Of a stretch of DNA of 64,000 nucleotides, positions 28,856 to 41,990 are shown one piece after another; position 1 is the stretch's first letter, and each line of letters begins with the position of its first letter. The notes beneath the pieces are model-generated. The model worked only from the letters and a program-made list of their open reading frames with translations. It did no database searches and was not told the DNA's origin. Where the stretch lies: contig JAVRCJ020000007.1 of NCBI GenBank assembly GCA_034530875.2, positions 32,001 through 96,000 on the forward strand. Reading direction: 5' to 3'. This DNA is from Nostoc sp. DedSLP01. Its GTDB lineage: Bacteria; Cyanobacteriota; Cyanobacteriia; Cyanobacteriales; Nostocaceae. Made by a program: the position numbers and the translations under genes.

Positions 28856-31800
28856 TTAATTGCCTGCGCTGATGAGAAATTCACGGATTTTTTTGACTTG
28901 AAACTTTTTAGCTAATTGTTTCAATTCTTGGGAAAAATTAAGATATTCAACATTTGATTCTTGCAAGCGAGATGCCTGCTCGATAATTGCTTTCAGGTCG
29001 CCTCTTTTAGCTAAATTCAACAGTAAAGCTATTTCTTCAGATGGAGGAAAGACTAAAGTTTGTTCCCCAACATTAGGTTGAGAATGAACAACGTTTTCTG
29101 ATTCTTTGTCGTACATCCATTGTAAATTTAAATAAAGTTGCAACTTTGCTAATAGTTCTGATGTTCTGATAGGCTTAGGAAGAAAATCATTACATCCAAT
29201 TTCTTTACTTTTTTGTTGGTCAAAATCAAAAACACTAGCAGAAGTTCCCAAAATTATCGTATTTTTAATTTCTGGCGATCGCCTGATTCTCCGAGTCGCC
29301 TCTAAACCGCTTAGTGTCGGCATCATCAAATCCATTAATATACAATCAGGCTGCAATTGTGTTGCTTTTTCTAAACAATCTTGACCATCGACTGCCTCGA
29401 TAATTTCAAATCCATAATGAGCGAGTATTTTTAGCAAAATTAAGCGATTTTCTAACCTGTCATCAGCAACAATTATTTTACGTTTTTCACCTAGATACCC
29501 GATAATATTTTGTGTTGCTGCTTGTACTGATTCTGGAGATTGTTCAACTTCTGGCAACTCAATATCAAACCAGAAAATACTACCTTTACCTAAACTACTT
29601 TGAACTTGAATTTCTCCTCCCATCATATCTACTAATTTGCGGCTGATAGATAGCCCCAATCCCGTACCTTCTACTTTGCGATTGTGTTCGCCTACTTGGT
29701 GAAAGGGTAAAAAGATTTCGTTTAATTGTTCGGGAGTCATACCCACGCCTGTATCTTCTATCTGAAACCTAATTTTGCGATCGTGATAGCCTACTTTTAA
29801 TCTGACTTCTCCTACTTCTGTAAATTTCACCGCATTTCCAAGTAAATTAATTAAAACTTGTCGCAACCGTTTTTCATCGGTTTTCACTCCTTTAGGCAAA
29901 TTGCTTGTTGCCTGATAAATTAAACCAATACCTTTTTGTTGAGCGCGGATGCGGCAAATTTCTGCAATGCCTTCCAGAAAATCAGGAAAATGAAACTCTG
30001 TAGGATATAATTCCATTTTCCGGGCTTCAATTTTGGCAAGATCCAAAACTTCATTAATCAAATTTAAAAGATGATCGCCACACTGATAAATAATATTTAG
30101 CCCATCTTTTTGAGAACTCGTGACATCTTTTTCTCGTTGCAAAATTTGCGCGTAACCTAAAATGCCATTTAAAGGTGTGCGGAGTTCGTGACTCATATTT
30201 GCTAAAAACTCACTCTTGGCTTGATTGGCAGATTGCGCTGCTGCTTCGGCTTTTTGCAAATGCACATTTTTTTCTTGTAATTCTTGGGTTCGCTCTTGTA
30301 CCTTAGCTTCTAAAGTGGCGTTAGCTGTTGCTAAATCGCTATAAAGACGAGCATTTTCAATAGAAATTGCTGCTTGGGAAGATAAAAGTTTTAAGATTTC
30401 CAATCTATCTGGAGTAAAGGCTTCAGTTGTCAGGTTATTTTCTAAATAAAGAATGCCAGCTAATTTTCCTTGATGCAGCAGTGGCGTACATAATAATGAT
30501 TTAGGTTTGTGATTAAGAATGTAAGGATCGGTGGCAAAAATCCCGTCGCAAGTTGTATTACTACAGAGAACATTTTCATGAGTTCTAGCTACATAGTTAA
30601 TTACAGAAATAGGTAAAGCTTCGCTAGTGGCTACTGGCTGCGATTGCATAACAATCGCTTCTTTTTGTTCTACGGTTGCTGTTGCTTCTATGAGTAAATT
30701 TCCATCTATCTCTAAAATTAAATACCCACTTTGAGCGCCAGCATTCTCTAGTACAATTTGCATTAATTTAGCCAGCAATTTACTCAAGACAATCTCGCCA
30801 GAAAGAGCTTGAGAAGCTTTCATCACCGTCATTAAGTCGAGATTATGACTGTCTTTGATAATGGTAGAACTTGTTTGAGTCAGTTCTTTGTTATTTGTAT
30901 CTGGTTTTTGGATATTTTGTGATGTTTCACGAAAATCAGGTTCCCGTCTACCCGCAATCAATTGGGGATAGCGTGTTTCTAAATCTTTGACTTTAGCGAT
31001 CGCTCCCCAATGCTGATAGGTATAATAGGCATTATTCATGTAGGTTTGAGCAATAGTTTCTTTACCCCATGACAAATAAAACTTAGCAGCTAATTCATGC
31101 GCCAGGGCTTCTTCATTGATATACTCGTTTTCTTTGGCAAGTGCGATCGCGCGATCGTACATTTCAATTGCTTCTATTTTTTCACCTTTTACTCGGTATC
31201 TTTCTGCCTCTACTAAATAGAATTTGTGCAGATGATTCATCGGGGCATGATGCGCCCATTTTTGCATTTTTTCTTGATTAGCTTCGACGCGAACGAGAAT
31301 GTTCTGCTGTTCAGACTCGAGATTATCGCCATACACTGCCAGTCGGATTAAAGAATCGTAGAAATGGAAAATCACAAAAACTAGCTGCCCTGCTGCTGCA
31401 TCCAAATAATTTTCTGCTTCCTGGAGATTTTCTAACGCTTGGGAGTAGTTTTCTAATAGATAACAAAGCAGGAGTTTTTCCAAATATACAAAATAAATTG
31501 CTACGCGATCGTTGGTTGAATGGTGCAGGGGCAGCATTTTATCTTCATCATAAGCTTCACCTTTTAAAATGCACGGATTTTGATTTTTTCCCATTAAATT
31601 TAAGACAGTTTGCCAATAAATCTCGTGATAATGCAGCGATGTTTCTTGCTTAATTTTACTAATCGCTTCCCAGTAGGCTGGCATTTCTTGTTCAATTGCA
31701 GCTAGTTGCTTAGCCGCCCAATATTGTTGAGAACAATATCCAAATGCACCATAAGCAGCATATTCTAAATCTCCAATTTCTAAACCCCTAGAGTAATTTG

Positions 31801-34800
31801 ATCGAAAAGTTTCTAAGGTATTGCTAACGTGTTCTTTCCAATGTTGAATAAATATATATACTAGTTGATATGTCTTGGCACTAACTTTTTTGGCATTTAA
31901 TTTTGCAACCAAATTTAAAGCTAATTGACCAAATTGATAGCCTCGTTCAATATCTCCCACAACCCCACATAAAAGAAAACCATAAAGGGAATAGGTATGA
32001 GGAGACACAGGAGCATTGCCATATTCAACGCATAAATTGACTTGTTTGCATACTACTAGAGGTATGAGTTCTGGAGCACCTAAGTAGGCAGCAATCGATA
32101 AACTTGACAGTAAACTCAACGCTGCTAGTTTATCAGGGTTAGTCATTTGAGGTAAGTAGAGCAAATCTGAAGCTTCTTTACCAGTCAAAATCGATGCAGT
32201 TTCCTCTAATGCTTGCTCAATATCTGAAGGGTTCACTTTTTCGGGAAACTTCACTCCCAACAGCCTTAAGGCTTGTAGTCCTGTATTAATTGCATCAATG
32301 AGCTTATTTTGCCCCATATAACCTTGAATCTGGACTTCATATACCTTCACTTTTTCCAATAGCGATGTGGCACAGTTTTGCACTACAGCAACAAATCTCT
32401 GCATGAGGTCAAAATCACCGCTTAAATAAGCCACCTCTGCTGCTTCTTCGTGCAGGTTTAATGTTAGTTCATACTGATTTTTCCAACTATCTTCTGCTAG
32501 CAATCCTAAACCTACCTGCAAATATTTAATGGCAGAATCGTGCGCGGTTGCAGCTTTTGCTTTTTGCCCTGCTATGAGGTTGAGTTGAGCGAGTTGATAT
32601 TTTTCTGACTCAGATGTGAGTAGTTCCGTACCGTAATTGAGTTGATTAACTAGTGCAAATATGTTTTCTTTTTGTTCTTCTGGTGTTGTGTTTTGCAGCA
32701 GTAATTGACCAATTCTCAGGTGCGTTGCTTTCTTCTGTTCGTCGGGAATCAATGAATAAGCGGCTTGTTGCACGCGATCGTGCAAGAATTTGTATATGGT
32801 TGTTTGAGGACTAGAAATTAACGTCCCTACTCGAACTACAGTATTTTCTATTTCTTCTGGCTCGAATAATAGGGGTATTTTATATGAATTATCTAAGGTG
32901 AAAATTAAACCTGCTTCCAGAGCTTCCCATAAATCTGCTGCTGTTTGTGACTGACTTGTTTGATTAACAGTTGCCAAAACTTCTAGAGTAAACTTATCTC
33001 CAATACAAGCCGCTATTTTTAAGATATTAATTGTTCGAGATGATAGTTTTTGAATTTGGCTAACCATCAAATCTACAACATTATCTGTATTGTTAATATC
33101 TTTTAACTGCCCGATTTTCCAGTGCCATCTACCAACAGAAAAATCAAAATTTATTAAATTCTCTTGGTACAGATATTTGAGTAATTGAGTTAAGAAAAAG
33201 GGATTACCTTGGGTTTTATCAGATAGTAACTCAGCCAGTGGTTTAACTGTTAAGCTACTGCTACGTAGAGTATCGGCTACCAACTGATTCACGCAGTCAA
33301 TATTTAAAGTTGTGAGAACAATATTATTGATAGTATTCCTAACTAGCTGAATTTGGTTTAAGGTATGAACTAAAGGATGAGTAGCACTGACTTCATTATC
33401 ACGATAAGCTCCAATTAATAATAAATATTCGCTGTCAGGATCGGTAACAATTAGCTCGATTAGCTTTAAAGAAGCTGAGTCTGCCCATTGCAAATCGTCT
33501 AAAAATAAAACTAAAGGATGTTCCCGTTGAGTAAAGACGTGAATAAATTTTTGAAATACCCGGTTGAAACGGTTTTGTGATTCTGTTGCACCTAGTTGTA
33601 TGACCGCAGGCTGAGAACCAATAATACGTTCTACTTCTGGAATCACATCTATAATTATTTGCCCATTTTCGTCAAGGGCTGCTAATAGTTTAGACTTCCA
33701 ATTTTTTAATGATTCAGCACTTTCTGTTAGCAGTTGCCGCATTAATTCTTGAAAGGCTTGAATTAATGAGGTATATGGAATATTACGTTTAAATTGGTCA
33801 AATTTACCAGAAATAAAGTATCCCCTTTGGCGAACAATTGGCTTATGAATTTCATTTACTAATGAAGACTTACCAATTCCTGAGTATCCGGACACCAGAA
33901 TCATTTCTGTTTGACCTTTACTGATACGTTCAAAGGCATCTAATAATGTATTGATTTCTGTTTCTCTACCATACAATTTTTGCGGAATTAGAAATTGGCT
34001 GGATAAATCTAATTTTCCAATAGGGAATTCAGCAATTTGACCGTTATTTTCTAACTGCTGGAGGCATAATTCTAAATCTGCTTTCAACCCCCAGGCACTT
34101 TGATATCTATCCTCAGCCATTTTTGCTAAGAGTTTCATCACTATTTGAGAAATCACTAGTGGAATTTCAGAATTAATCTCGTGAGGGAAAGCAGGAGTTT
34201 TTGCAATGTGGGAGTGAATTATTTCTAAAGGGTCGTTGTTATCAAAAGGTAGCAAACCAGTTAGCATTTGATAAAAGGTAATCCCTAAAGAATAAAAATC
34301 GGTACGATAATCAAGCGACCGATTCATTCTTCCAGTTTGTTCGGGAGACATATAGGCAAGAGTGCCTTCAATTAAGTTGGGGTTGCTGACGGTTGGGTTT
34401 TCTCTAGATAAGTGCGATGCAATACTAAAATCGATGAGTTTAACAGTCAGATTATCAGGATTAATAATAATATTTTGAGGTTTGATATCCTTATGGATAA
34501 CTTGTTTGTGGTGGATATTTGCTAAAGCTAATGCTAATTGATTAGCTATAGTTAGGAAATTTTTTAAAGATAATTTATGAGTATCGCTAAAATACTTGAG
34601 GGAGATGGCATTAAAATCTTCTATAACTAGAGCTAGCCTATTTTGATATTTTTCTAAAGCTAAAGCATGAATAACTTCATTAACTTCTATGAGGCTATTA
34701 AGAATATTATATTCGTGTTTGAATCCAGTTAACTGCTTTAAAGTGGGATATTCTGCTTTGAGAATTTTAATGATGACTGGAGTTTTATCTATCTGTTTGA

Positions 34801-34873
34801 GGGCGCGATAAACCAAGCTATCAATACCTTCGTTTAAGGTTTCTACAAAAGAATAGCCAGGAAGATTTAACAT
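28856..34873 (-). CDS. Ser/Thr kinase-AAA ATPase-GAF-His kinase-receiver protein
   Basis: [40 protein letters not shown] and a REC domain. Confidence 0.94.
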   Translation of the reverse strand: MLNLPGYSFVETLNEGIDSLVYRALKQIDKTPVIIKILKAEYPTLKQLTGFKHEYNILNSLIEVNEVIHALALEKYQNRLALVIEDFNAISLKYFSDTHKLSLKNFLTIANQLALALANIHHKQVIHKDIKPQNIIINPDNLTVKLIDFSIASHLSRENPTVSNPNLIEGTLAYMSPEQTGRMNRSLDYRTDFYSLGITFYQMLTGLLPFDNNDPLEIIHSHIAKTPAFPHEINSEIPLVISQIVMKLLAKMAEDRYQSAWGLKADLELCLQQLENNGQIAEFPIGKLDLSSQFLIPQKLYGRETEINTLLDAFERISKGQTEMILVSGYSGIGKSSLVNEIHKPIVRQRGYFISGKFDQFKRNIPYTSLIQAFQELMRQLLTESAESLKNWKSKLLAALDENGQIIIDVIPEVERIIGSQPAVIQLGATESQNRFNRVFQKFIHVFTQREHPLVLFLDDLQWADSASLKLIELIVTDPDSEYLLLIGAYRDNEVSATHPLVHTLNQIQLVRNTINNIVLTTLNIDCVNQLVADTLRSSSLTVKPLAELLSDKTQGNPFFLTQLLKYLYQENLINFDFSVGRWHWKIGQLKDINNTDNVVDLMVSQIQKLSSRTINILKIAACIGDKFTLEVLATVNQTSQSQTAADLWEALEAGLIFTLDNSYKIPLLFEPEEIENTVVRVGTLISSPQTTIYKFLHDRVQQAAYSLIPDEQKKATHLRIGQLLLQNTTPEEQKENIFALVNQLNYGTELLTSESEKYQLAQLNLIAGQKAKAATAHDSAIKYLQVGLGLLAEDSWKNQYELTLNLHEEAAEVAYLSGDFDLMQRFVAVVQNCATSLLEKVKVYEVQIQGYMGQNKLIDAINTGLQALRLLGVKFPEKVNPSDIEQALEETASILTGKEASDLLYLPQMTNPDKLAALSLLSSLSIAAYLGAPELIPLVVCKQVNLCVEYGNAPVSPHTYSLYGFLLCGVVGDIERGYQFGQLALNLVAKLNAKKVSAKTYQLVYIFIQHWKEHVSNTLETFRSNYSRGLEIGDLEYAAYGAFGYCSQQYWAAKQLAAIEQEMPAYWEAISKIKQETSLHYHEIYWQTVLNLMGKNQNPCILKGEAYDEDKMLPLHHSTNDRVAIYFVYLEKLLLCYLLENYSQALENLQEAENYLDAAAGQLVFVIFHFYDSLIRLAVYGDNLESEQQNILVRVEANQEKMQKWAHHAPMNHLHKFYLVEAERYRVKGEKIEAIEMYDRAIALAKENEYINEEALAHELAAKFYLSWGKETIAQTYMNNAYYTYQHWGAIAKVKDLETRYPQLIAGRREPDFRETSQNIQKPDTNNKELTQTSSTIIKDSHNLDLMTVMKASQALSGEIVLSKLLAKLMQIVLENAGAQSGYLILEIDGNLLIEATATVEQKEAIVMQSQPVATSEALPISVINYVARTHENVLCSNTTCDGIFATDPYILNHKPKSLLCTPLLHQGKLAGILYLENNLTTEAFTPDRLEILKLLSSQAAISIENARLYSDLATANATLEAKVQERTQELQEKNVHLQKAEAAAQSANQAKSEFLANMSHELRTPLNGILGYAQILQREKDVTSSQKDGLNIIYQCGDHLLNLINEVLDLAKIEARKMELYPTEFHFPDFLEGIAEICRIRAQQKGIGLIYQATSNLPKGVKTDEKRLRQVLINLLGNAVKFTEVGEVRLKVGYHDRKIRFQIEDTGVGMTPEQLNEIFLPFHQVGEHNRKVEGTGLGLSISRKLVDMMGGEIQVQSSLGKGSIFWFDIELPEVEQSPESVQAATQNIIGYLGEKRKIIVADDRLENRLILLKILAHYGFEIIEAVDGQDCLEKATQLQPDCILMDLMMPTLSGLEATRRIRRSPEIKNTIILGTSASVFDFDQQKSKEIGCNDFLPKPIRTSELLAKLQLYLNLQWMYDKESENVVHSQPNVGEQTLVFPPSEEIALLLNLAKRGDLKAIIEQASRLQESNVEYLNFSQELKQLAKKFQVKKIREFLISAGN

Positions 34874-35168
34874 AATTTATGCTGTGTTGGAAAATCAGAG
34901 AATTGAACTGGAATGCATTTAAGTGTTTGCAAATTAAACTCTTAAATTCACAAAATAATTTGCTTTGTATATTAATAGTGCCCAGTTCAACTGATTTTAT
35001 TGTTAAACTTTAATAAACTAAATATTTAGGAATGTAACAGCATTGCTTATTTTTAACAAAACTCAATTGACAATTTAGCTAAAAGAATGCGAATAAATAT
35101 CGCGTAGAGAGGGAATAGGGAAAAAAGCGTACTAGCTTGGCAAAAATCAAGTAGGAGTTCTATAGATA

Positions 35169-38100
35169 CTAATAACTAAGAATAGGGAGAACAATCTCAA
35201 ATTCTGTGTCCTGGTTTGGTTGCGATCGCACGCTCAGAGTACCGCCATGTTGTTGGATAATCGAATAGCTGAAAAATAACCCCAGACCCGTACCGCGGCC
35301 TGCGGGTTTTGTTGTAAAGAATGGGTCAAAAATCCGGTTTTGAATACTCGCGGGAATCGTACTATCTGTATTAGCGATCGCAATTCGCAAATGTTCGGTG
35401 TTTATCGCTTCAGTACGAATCCGGATTTCCGGGTGTTCGCTACTTTCGGGATTATCTCGAATAGCGTCAATGGCATTATTAATGATATTTAGGAAAACTT
35501 GATTTAGCTGGCTAGGATAACAATTCACCAGCGGTAGATTGCCATATTCCTTGATTACTCGGATTTCAGGTTTATTTGTAGATGCTTGCAAGCGATATTG
35601 CAAAATTAATAACGTGCTTTCAATGCCGCTGTGTAAGTTTACAGCTTTGATTTCTGCTTCATCCAAGCGAGAAAAATTGCGTAAGCTCAAAACAATTTTA
35701 CTGATGCGATCGCTGCCCAGCTTCATAGATTCTAAAATCTGACTGACATCTGCAAACAGGAAATTCAGGTCAATTTCTTCGCTCTTAGCTTGAATGAATG
35801 GACTAGGTTGAGGATATTCCTGTTGATAAAGTTGCAACAAATTCGTTATCTCTACAATATAACTTTCTGTATGCGTGAGATTACCCTTGATAAAATTAAC
35901 AGGATTGTTAATTTCATGAGCAATACCAGCTACTATTTGACCCAAAGATGACATTTTCTCGCTATGAATTAATTGGGCTTGAGTTTGTTGTAATTTTTTC
36001 AAGGCTTGCTCTAAATCTTCAGCTTTTTGATTGAGAGCTTGGGTTTTTCGTTCTACCTCTGCTTCTAGGGTGTGGGAATAGTTTTCGGTTTGTTGATACA
36101 AACGAGCATTTTCTACAGAAATGGCGGCTTGGCTACTCAGCAGTTGCAGAATCTCGATGCGATCGCTACTAAAAGCGCCTACAGTTAAGTTATTTTCTAA
36201 ATACAAAATTCCAATGAGTTTTCCTTGGCGATTAATCGGAGTACACAACACCGATTTAGGTTTGTGAGTCATGATATAGCGATCGCCTGCAAATTGCACT
36301 GCATCGCTCAAGTTTTCAAACACAGCCGTATTTTGAGTTCGCGCTACCGTATAAATCAAACTCTGGGGAATTTCTTGATATTCTTCTAGGGGAATTTCTA
36401 AAGTTTTTGAGCGTTCTCGGTCGGCTTGAGCGACAACTAACCATTGTTCGTCTTGGCGCAGGATAAAATAACCGATTTGTGCGCCAGCATTAGCGATCGC
36501 AATCTGCATTAAGGTTTTTAATAGTTTCTCTAATTCAATTTGTTGAGAAATTGCCTGTGCTGCTTTCATTACTGTCGGAAAATCTAACCACAAATTTTGG
36601 CCGCTACTGGCGCTAGTGACACTTTTCACTAGGGTATGAGCGATGGTTGCGGTAGGTGTAATTGTCAGGTGAGGAGGTTGGAGAATGGGCGCTAGCAGTT
36701 GCGGATAGTGTTGTTCTAAATGGGCGACTTTCGCCTTAGCACCCCAACGAGCATAACAGTAGTAAGCTTCTTGCATATAGCCTGCGGCTACCTTCTGTTT
36801 ACCCCAAGCGAGATAAAACTTAGCCGCTAATTCATTCCCCAAAGCTTCTTCTTGAATATAGCCGTTAACTTTAGCAAGAGCGATCGCTTTATCGTATAAC
36901 TCAATGGCTTCTGTTTTGTGTCCTAATACTCGGCATTTTTCCGCCGCTACCAAATCGAGTTTGTGTTGGTGATTCATCGGTGCATAATGCGCCCAATGCT
37001 GTTGCAGTTGCGTTTGGTTTTGTTCCACGCGCTCTAATGCTTGCGATGTCTCCTCCAATCCTGGATTCAAAGCTGCTAAAACTATCAAAGAATCATAAAA
37101 ATAAACCGCAGGTTCAGAGACAAATCCAGCACCAGCAGTTGAATATTTTCTAAGTTCAACTACATAGTTTGTCGCTTGCTCAATTTCCCCGAATAAGAAA
37201 CAAAGCAACACTTTATACAAATAAAAGAAATATAATCCAATGGAATCATTAGCAGACAATAATAAGGGCAGAAATTGAGTTTCTTGCACAGCTTCCCCAG
37301 CTAAAATAACCGGATGCTCCCCAACTCCCAGCAAATTTAAAATAGATTGCCAATAAATTCGGCAGTAATTAGCTGCTGTTAATTGGTTCAATTGCAATAA
37401 TCCATTGCAGTAAGCGCGTACATCTTGTTCTAAAGTCGGTAAGGGCTGACCGCACCAAAAAGAATTCAAACAAAAACCGTAGGCAGAATATCCAGCAAAC
37501 TCTGGGTTACCGACTTCGAGTCCAGTTACATAACCTTCTTGAGAGATTGATAGTGATTCTTGAGTGTGAGATTTGCGGTGGACAATAAACAGTCCTAGCA
37601 CAGGTAAGACTTGAGCTTTTACAGCTTTGGCATCAAATTTGGCGATGATACCGAGCGCCAATTGTCCAAATTTTGTTGCTGTATCTACATCTTGTTGCAT
37701 ACTACATACAATGATGCCACAGCAAGCATAGCTATAAGCTGAGAGCGATGTATTTCCATATTGAATAGATAATTTAACTGCCAGAGAAACTAGTAATGGA
37801 AATAAGCTAGAGCCGGAGTTAAAAGCTGCTGGAAAAATACTATTAGTAATTTGAAGAGTTGCGAGTTTTTCTGCATCAGTCATTACAGGTAAATGAACTA
37901 AATCTGCAATTTCTCTGTTGCCAATAAGTTCCTTAATTTCTTGGATTGTCTGTTGAATATCTGTCAGTGTTGGTATTTCGGGAAATATGACACCAAATTG
38001 TTGCAAAACTTGTCTACCGATCGCCAGACTTTCTGCAAGTCGATTCCCAGAAGAATAAGCTTGTATTCTGATTCGGTAAACATTGGCTTTTTCTACTAAG

Positions 38101-40589
38101 GAATGTGCCCGATCGCTTACAAGATCGATGAAATGTTCCATCATTTCAAAATCACCGCACAAGAAAGCTAATTCAGCAGCTAATTCATGAAAAGTAAGGG
38201 TGATTTCGTATTGCTGTTGCCAAGCTTTTTCTCCTAATAAAGATAATCCAACTTTCACATATTCCCGGCCCGCTTGATAGGCGGTGGCGCTTTTGGCTTT
38301 GCGACAAGCTGTGAGGTTAAGTTGTGCTAATTCGTCGCGTTCGCTTTGTTCGGTAATTAAAGCAGTTCCATAGTTGAGGTGACCGATTAGTTCAAAAATG
38401 CGATCGAATGTTGCTTCTGGAGAAATCTTTTCTAGGAGTAGTTGTCCGATATGATAATGGGTGGTTTGTTTTTGGTCTTCAGGAATCAGAGAATAAGCAG
38501 CTTGTTGGACGCGATCGTGCAGAAAACGATAAACGAGATTTTCAATATTGCTAGTATTTGCATCTACTTCATCATAGCTAAGATAAAATTTATACACTTG
38601 ACTTTGCGGCAAAATCAGCCCTTCTTGTAAAGCTTTCCACAAAGCCGTTGCTGTATCTGCTGACGATCGCTCGCAAACAATCGCCAAGGTTGCTAAGTCA
38701 AATTGATTGCCGATACAAGCAGCTAATTTAAGTATTTGTTGCGTTTCTTTTGGCAATTTCTGCAACTGCTGTGCCATAAACTCTACGACATCATCAGTGA
38801 GAGAAAGCGCATTTATTTGGCTAAGATCGCATTCCCAATATCCTCGATCGCGATTAAACTGAATCTGTCCATCTTCGTGTAACGCTTTGAGAAACTGGGT
38901 GATAAAAAACGGATTGCCTTGGGTTTTGCGATCGATTAATTCTGTGATGGGACGCGTTCGCTCAACTGCACAATGTAATGTATCAGCAACTAATTGATTC
39001 GTATCGCTCAATGCCAAAGGTGAAAGGGTAATTATATTAACAGTTTTGTTAGCTTTTTTCAGTGCTTCTACTGTTAAGATAAACGGATGTGCCGCTTGTA
39101 CTTCATTGTCTCGATAAGCCCCCAACAAAAGTAGATAGCTGTTATCTTGCATCAACAGTTTAATCAACGCCAGGGAAGCTGAATCTGCCCACTGTAAATC
39201 ATCGAGAAACATTACTAACGGATGTTCTTCCGTGGTAAAGACAGCAATAAATTTTTGGAACAATAAATTAAAGCGATTTTGTGCCGCAGTTCCTGATAGT
39301 TCTGGTGCTGGAGGTTGCTGACCGATAATAACTTCTAATTCCGGAATCACCTCAATCAAAACTTGTCCGTTGTTACCCACAACTGCGAGAATTTTAGTTT
39401 TCCACTGTGCTAATTGCGCGTCAGATTCTGATAATAATTGCCCCATTAAATCCCGTAAAGCTTGGACAAAAGCTGATAGGGGAATATTGCGATTAAACTG
39501 GTCAAATTTGCCTTTGATGAAATACCCTTGCTGGCGGGTAATTGGCTTATGAACTTCATGGACTACCGCAGTTTTACCAATCCCCGAAAATCCCGCCACT
39601 AGCATCATTTCAGATGTGCCATTGGCTACGCGCTCAAAAGCTTGGAGTAAGATGGCAACTTCTTTTTCTCGCCCATAAAGTTTGTCTGCAATTGTAAAGC
39701 GATCGCATACATCGTGCTGACCAATTTCAAAATCTTCAATTTTACTAGTTTCTTTGAATTGGATCAGACATTTTTCTAAATCAAATTTTAAACCCAGGGC
39801 ACTTTGATAACGGTCTTCAGCATTTTTCGCCATCAACTTCATCACAATATTAGAAAGCACCTGCGGAATTTCTTTCGTGTAACTTAATTCCGCAGGCATT
39901 TTAGCAATATGGCAATGCACCAATTCCATCGGATCGTCAGATATAAAGGGTAATTCTCCTGTTAATAATTCATAAAATGTAACGCCCAAGGAATAAAAAT
40001 CGCTGCGATAATCTATACCTCGATTCATTCTCCCAGTTTGTTCGGGTGAAATATAAGCGAGGGTTCCTTCTAAAACATTGGGGCTTTTAAGTTCTTGAGT
40101 TTCTTTAGGTAATAACGAGGCGATACTAAAGTCAATAAGTTGAACTTGTTTAGTTTCGGGATGAATCAGGATGTTTGCAGGTTTGATATCTTTGTGAATT
40201 ACACGGTTTTGATGTAAACCGTGGAGAATATTAGTTAATTGAATGGCGATCGCGAAAAATTCAACTAGAGAGATAGTAGTAGTTTTAATATATTCTCGTA
40301 AAGAAATTTCACCACCATCTGCCGTCACCAAAATATAACCGTTTCCACAGGTTTCTAACGATAAGGGATGAATTATACCAGGAATATTCAGATTTTTGCT
40401 AATAATGTATTGATTGCGAAATTGTAATAATTCATTGAAACTAGGATATTCAGATGTTAGAAGTTTAATGACTACTGCGAGTGTTCCCTGTTCTCGGATT
40501 GCTCGATATACCCTAGTTCTGGAACCTGCATAAAGTTGAGAGCTAATCTCATATCCAGGAATAATCGGGCTTTGACTCGCAATACTCAT
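35169..40589 (-). CDS. Ser/Thr kinase-AAA ATPase-GAF-His kinase protein
   Basis: HKDIKPAN, GFSGIGKT, GAF, GIAHEINNP. Confidence 0.94.
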   Translation of the reverse strand: MSIASQSPIIPGYEISSQLYAGSRTRVYRAIREQGTLAVVIKLLTSEYPSFNELLQFRNQYIISKNLNIPGIIHPLSLETCGNGYILVTADGGEISLREYIKTTTISLVEFFAIAIQLTNILHGLHQNRVIHKDIKPANILIHPETKQVQLIDFSIASLLPKETQELKSPNVLEGTLAYISPEQTGRMNRGIDYRSDFYSLGVTFYELLTGELPFISDDPMELVHCHIAKMPAELSYTKEIPQVLSNIVMKLMAKNAEDRYQSALGLKFDLEKCLIQFKETSKIEDFEIGQHDVCDRFTIADKLYGREKEVAILLQAFERVANGTSEMMLVAGFSGIGKTAVVHEVHKPITRQQGYFIKGKFDQFNRNIPLSAFVQALRDLMGQLLSESDAQLAQWKTKILAVVGNNGQVLIEVIPELEVIIGQQPPAPELSGTAAQNRFNLLFQKFIAVFTTEEHPLVMFLDDLQWADSASLALIKLLMQDNSYLLLLGAYRDNEVQAAHPFILTVEALKKANKTVNIITLSPLALSDTNQLVADTLHCAVERTRPITELIDRKTQGNPFFITQFLKALHEDGQIQFNRDRGYWECDLSQINALSLTDDVVEFMAQQLQKLPKETQQILKLAACIGNQFDLATLAIVCERSSADTATALWKALQEGLILPQSQVYKFYLSYDEVDANTSNIENLVYRFLHDRVQQAAYSLIPEDQKQTTHYHIGQLLLEKISPEATFDRIFELIGHLNYGTALITEQSERDELAQLNLTACRKAKSATAYQAGREYVKVGLSLLGEKAWQQQYEITLTFHELAAELAFLCGDFEMMEHFIDLVSDRAHSLVEKANVYRIRIQAYSSGNRLAESLAIGRQVLQQFGVIFPEIPTLTDIQQTIQEIKELIGNREIADLVHLPVMTDAEKLATLQITNSIFPAAFNSGSSLFPLLVSLAVKLSIQYGNTSLSAYSYACCGIIVCSMQQDVDTATKFGQLALGIIAKFDAKAVKAQVLPVLGLFIVHRKSHTQESLSISQEGYVTGLEVGNPEFAGYSAYGFCLNSFWCGQPLPTLEQDVRAYCNGLLQLNQLTAANYCRIYWQSILNLLGVGEHPVILAGEAVQETQFLPLLLSANDSIGLYFFYLYKVLLCFLFGEIEQATNYVVELRKYSTAGAGFVSEPAVYFYDSLIVLAALNPGLEETSQALERVEQNQTQLQQHWAHYAPMNHQHKLDLVAAEKCRVLGHKTEAIELYDKAIALAKVNGYIQEEALGNELAAKFYLAWGKQKVAAGYMQEAYYCYARWGAKAKVAHLEQHYPQLLAPILQPPHLTITPTATIAHTLVKSVTSASSGQNLWLDFPTVMKAAQAISQQIELEKLLKTLMQIAIANAGAQIGYFILRQDEQWLVVAQADRERSKTLEIPLEEYQEIPQSLIYTVARTQNTAVFENLSDAVQFAGDRYIMTHKPKSVLCTPINRQGKLIGILYLENNLTVGAFSSDRIEILQLLSSQAAISVENARLYQQTENYSHTLEAEVERKTQALNQKAEDLEQALKKLQQTQAQLIHSEKMSSLGQIVAGIAHEINNPVNFIKGNLTHTESYIVEITNLLQLYQQEYPQPSPFIQAKSEEIDLNFLFADVSQILESMKLGSDRISKIVLSLRNFSRLDEAEIKAVNLHSGIESTLLILQYRLQASTNKPEIRVIKEYGNLPLVNCYPSQLNQVFLNIINNAIDAIRDNPESSEHPEIRIRTEAINTEHLRIAIANTDSTIPASIQNRIFDPFFTTKPAGRGTGLGLFFSYSIIQQHGGTLSVRSQPNQDTEFEIVLPILSY

Positions 40590-40962
40590 TTATACTTACC
40601 TCATCGTACAAGTTCGTTTTTGTTTGATGAAGTTAGTATTCCCAAAGGCCATCTGAGTTTTCGCGTCAGATAAAAAAATTAGCAGGATTTAAAATTTTAG
40701 ATAGGATTATAAAGATTATTCTGTTGCGATCGCAAACAATCCTCAATTTGTAATAAGTATAAGGCAGGAGGCAGTTCTTGCTGGAGGCAGGAGGTAAAAC
40801 CCTCAATAATAAAAGGTTTTGCTGGTTTGGTTTTTACATTTAATTATGTCTGCTTACTTATCAATTTGAAATAATAATGCTACAGATATATGCGTATGGG
40901 TGTACATCTGTATACCTATAGAGGTGATTTATTTATTGCCAAGATTTTTGATAACGATATTC

Positions 40963-40995
40963 AAAAAAGCCCGGTGCTGAAAATAACCGGGCTTT
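40963..40995 (-). terminator. Intrinsic terminator downstream of hsp20
   Basis: aaagcccggt / accgggcttt stem with a U-tract on the minus strand. Confidence 0.8.
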
Positions 40996-41039
40996 GAGTT
41001 AGCTCAATCTATCATCAAAGGAGGTAGAGTTGTTTCACA

Positions 41040-41489
41040 TTATGCAGTAGGTTCGAGATTAACCTTAACAACTTTGTTCTTTTCTTCCTCGGACTTAGGC
41101 AGTGTCAAATTCAAGATACCGTCTTTATAATCTGCTGTGACATTGGTATTTTGAATCCGAGCAGATAGAGGAATTACACGTTGGAACTTACCATAGTAGA
41201 ATTCGCTCTTGGTAGTGCCATTGTTTTCGGTTTTAGTTTCAGATTTGCGTTCGCCGCTAATGTAAACAGCATCTTCAGTAACTTGAATATCCAGGTCTTT
41301 AGCATCAATTCCTGGCAGTTCTAGCTTCAGGTGCAGAGCATCATCAGTTTCTTGCAATTCAGCAGCTGGAACTTTAATAAAATCTCTATCAAATGATGCC
41401 GATGGTACTCTCGTATCTTCAAACAAACTGTTGATTTGGCGTTGTAGAGTGTCAATTTCTCTCCAGGGATTCCAACGAACTAGTGCCAT
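41040..41489 (-). CDS. hspA: Small heat-shock protein (Hsp20)
   Basis: MALVRWNPWRE...ELPG...SEFYYGKFQRVIPL...YKDGILNLTLPK. Confidence 0.93.
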   Translation of the reverse strand: MALVRWNPWREIDTLQRQINSLFEDTRVPSASFDRDFIKVPAAELQETDDALHLKLELPGIDAKDLDIQVTEDAVYISGERKSETKTENNGTTKSEFYYGKFQRVIPLSARIQNTNVTADYKDGILNLTLPKSEEEKNKVVKVNLEPTA

Positions 41490-41884
41490 AACTCCAACTC
41501 TCTTTAAATAGTTTCTGTTTAATTGTTTTTGCACTTCGTTTAGTGCTTACATATTGATATTATCTTTGGTCAAAATTCTGGTAATTTCGGTTTTCATCAC
41601 CTAAGAAAATGATAATTACCGTACTCAATTAAGTAGGGAAAAGATTACGGTTTCCTGGAATTTTTCAGTTCGGTAAACCAGAATATATAGGGGCGGTTAG
41701 AAACCGCGTCTACACAAACAAAAGCTACCGATCCTGGGTTTCAAAACGTTGATTTTCCCTTAAGACAAGGCAGGCAGACTTTTCTACGAGACGCTACGCG
41801 TAGCTTGCTTCTCCGTAGGAGTACGCCTGTATAGCTGCGAATTTCATTCGCCAAGGCTTAAGTTGATTTAATTCTCAAAGGGTA

Positions 41885-41985
41885 TATAGCAGTCCTAAAT
41901 GAGTTGCAAACACATCTATTCCCTATTCCCCATTCCCTATTCCCTGCCTCTACGAGTAGTTTGTAAATCAAATAGGATTGCTATA
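41885..41985. mobile_element. TA-flanked miniature inverted-repeat element
   Basis: tatagcagtcctaaatga ... tcaaataggattgctata around ttcccta/ttcccca heptamers. Relatives at 59725-59830 and 60964-61091. Confidence 0.65.
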
Positions 41986-41990
41986 TTTCT

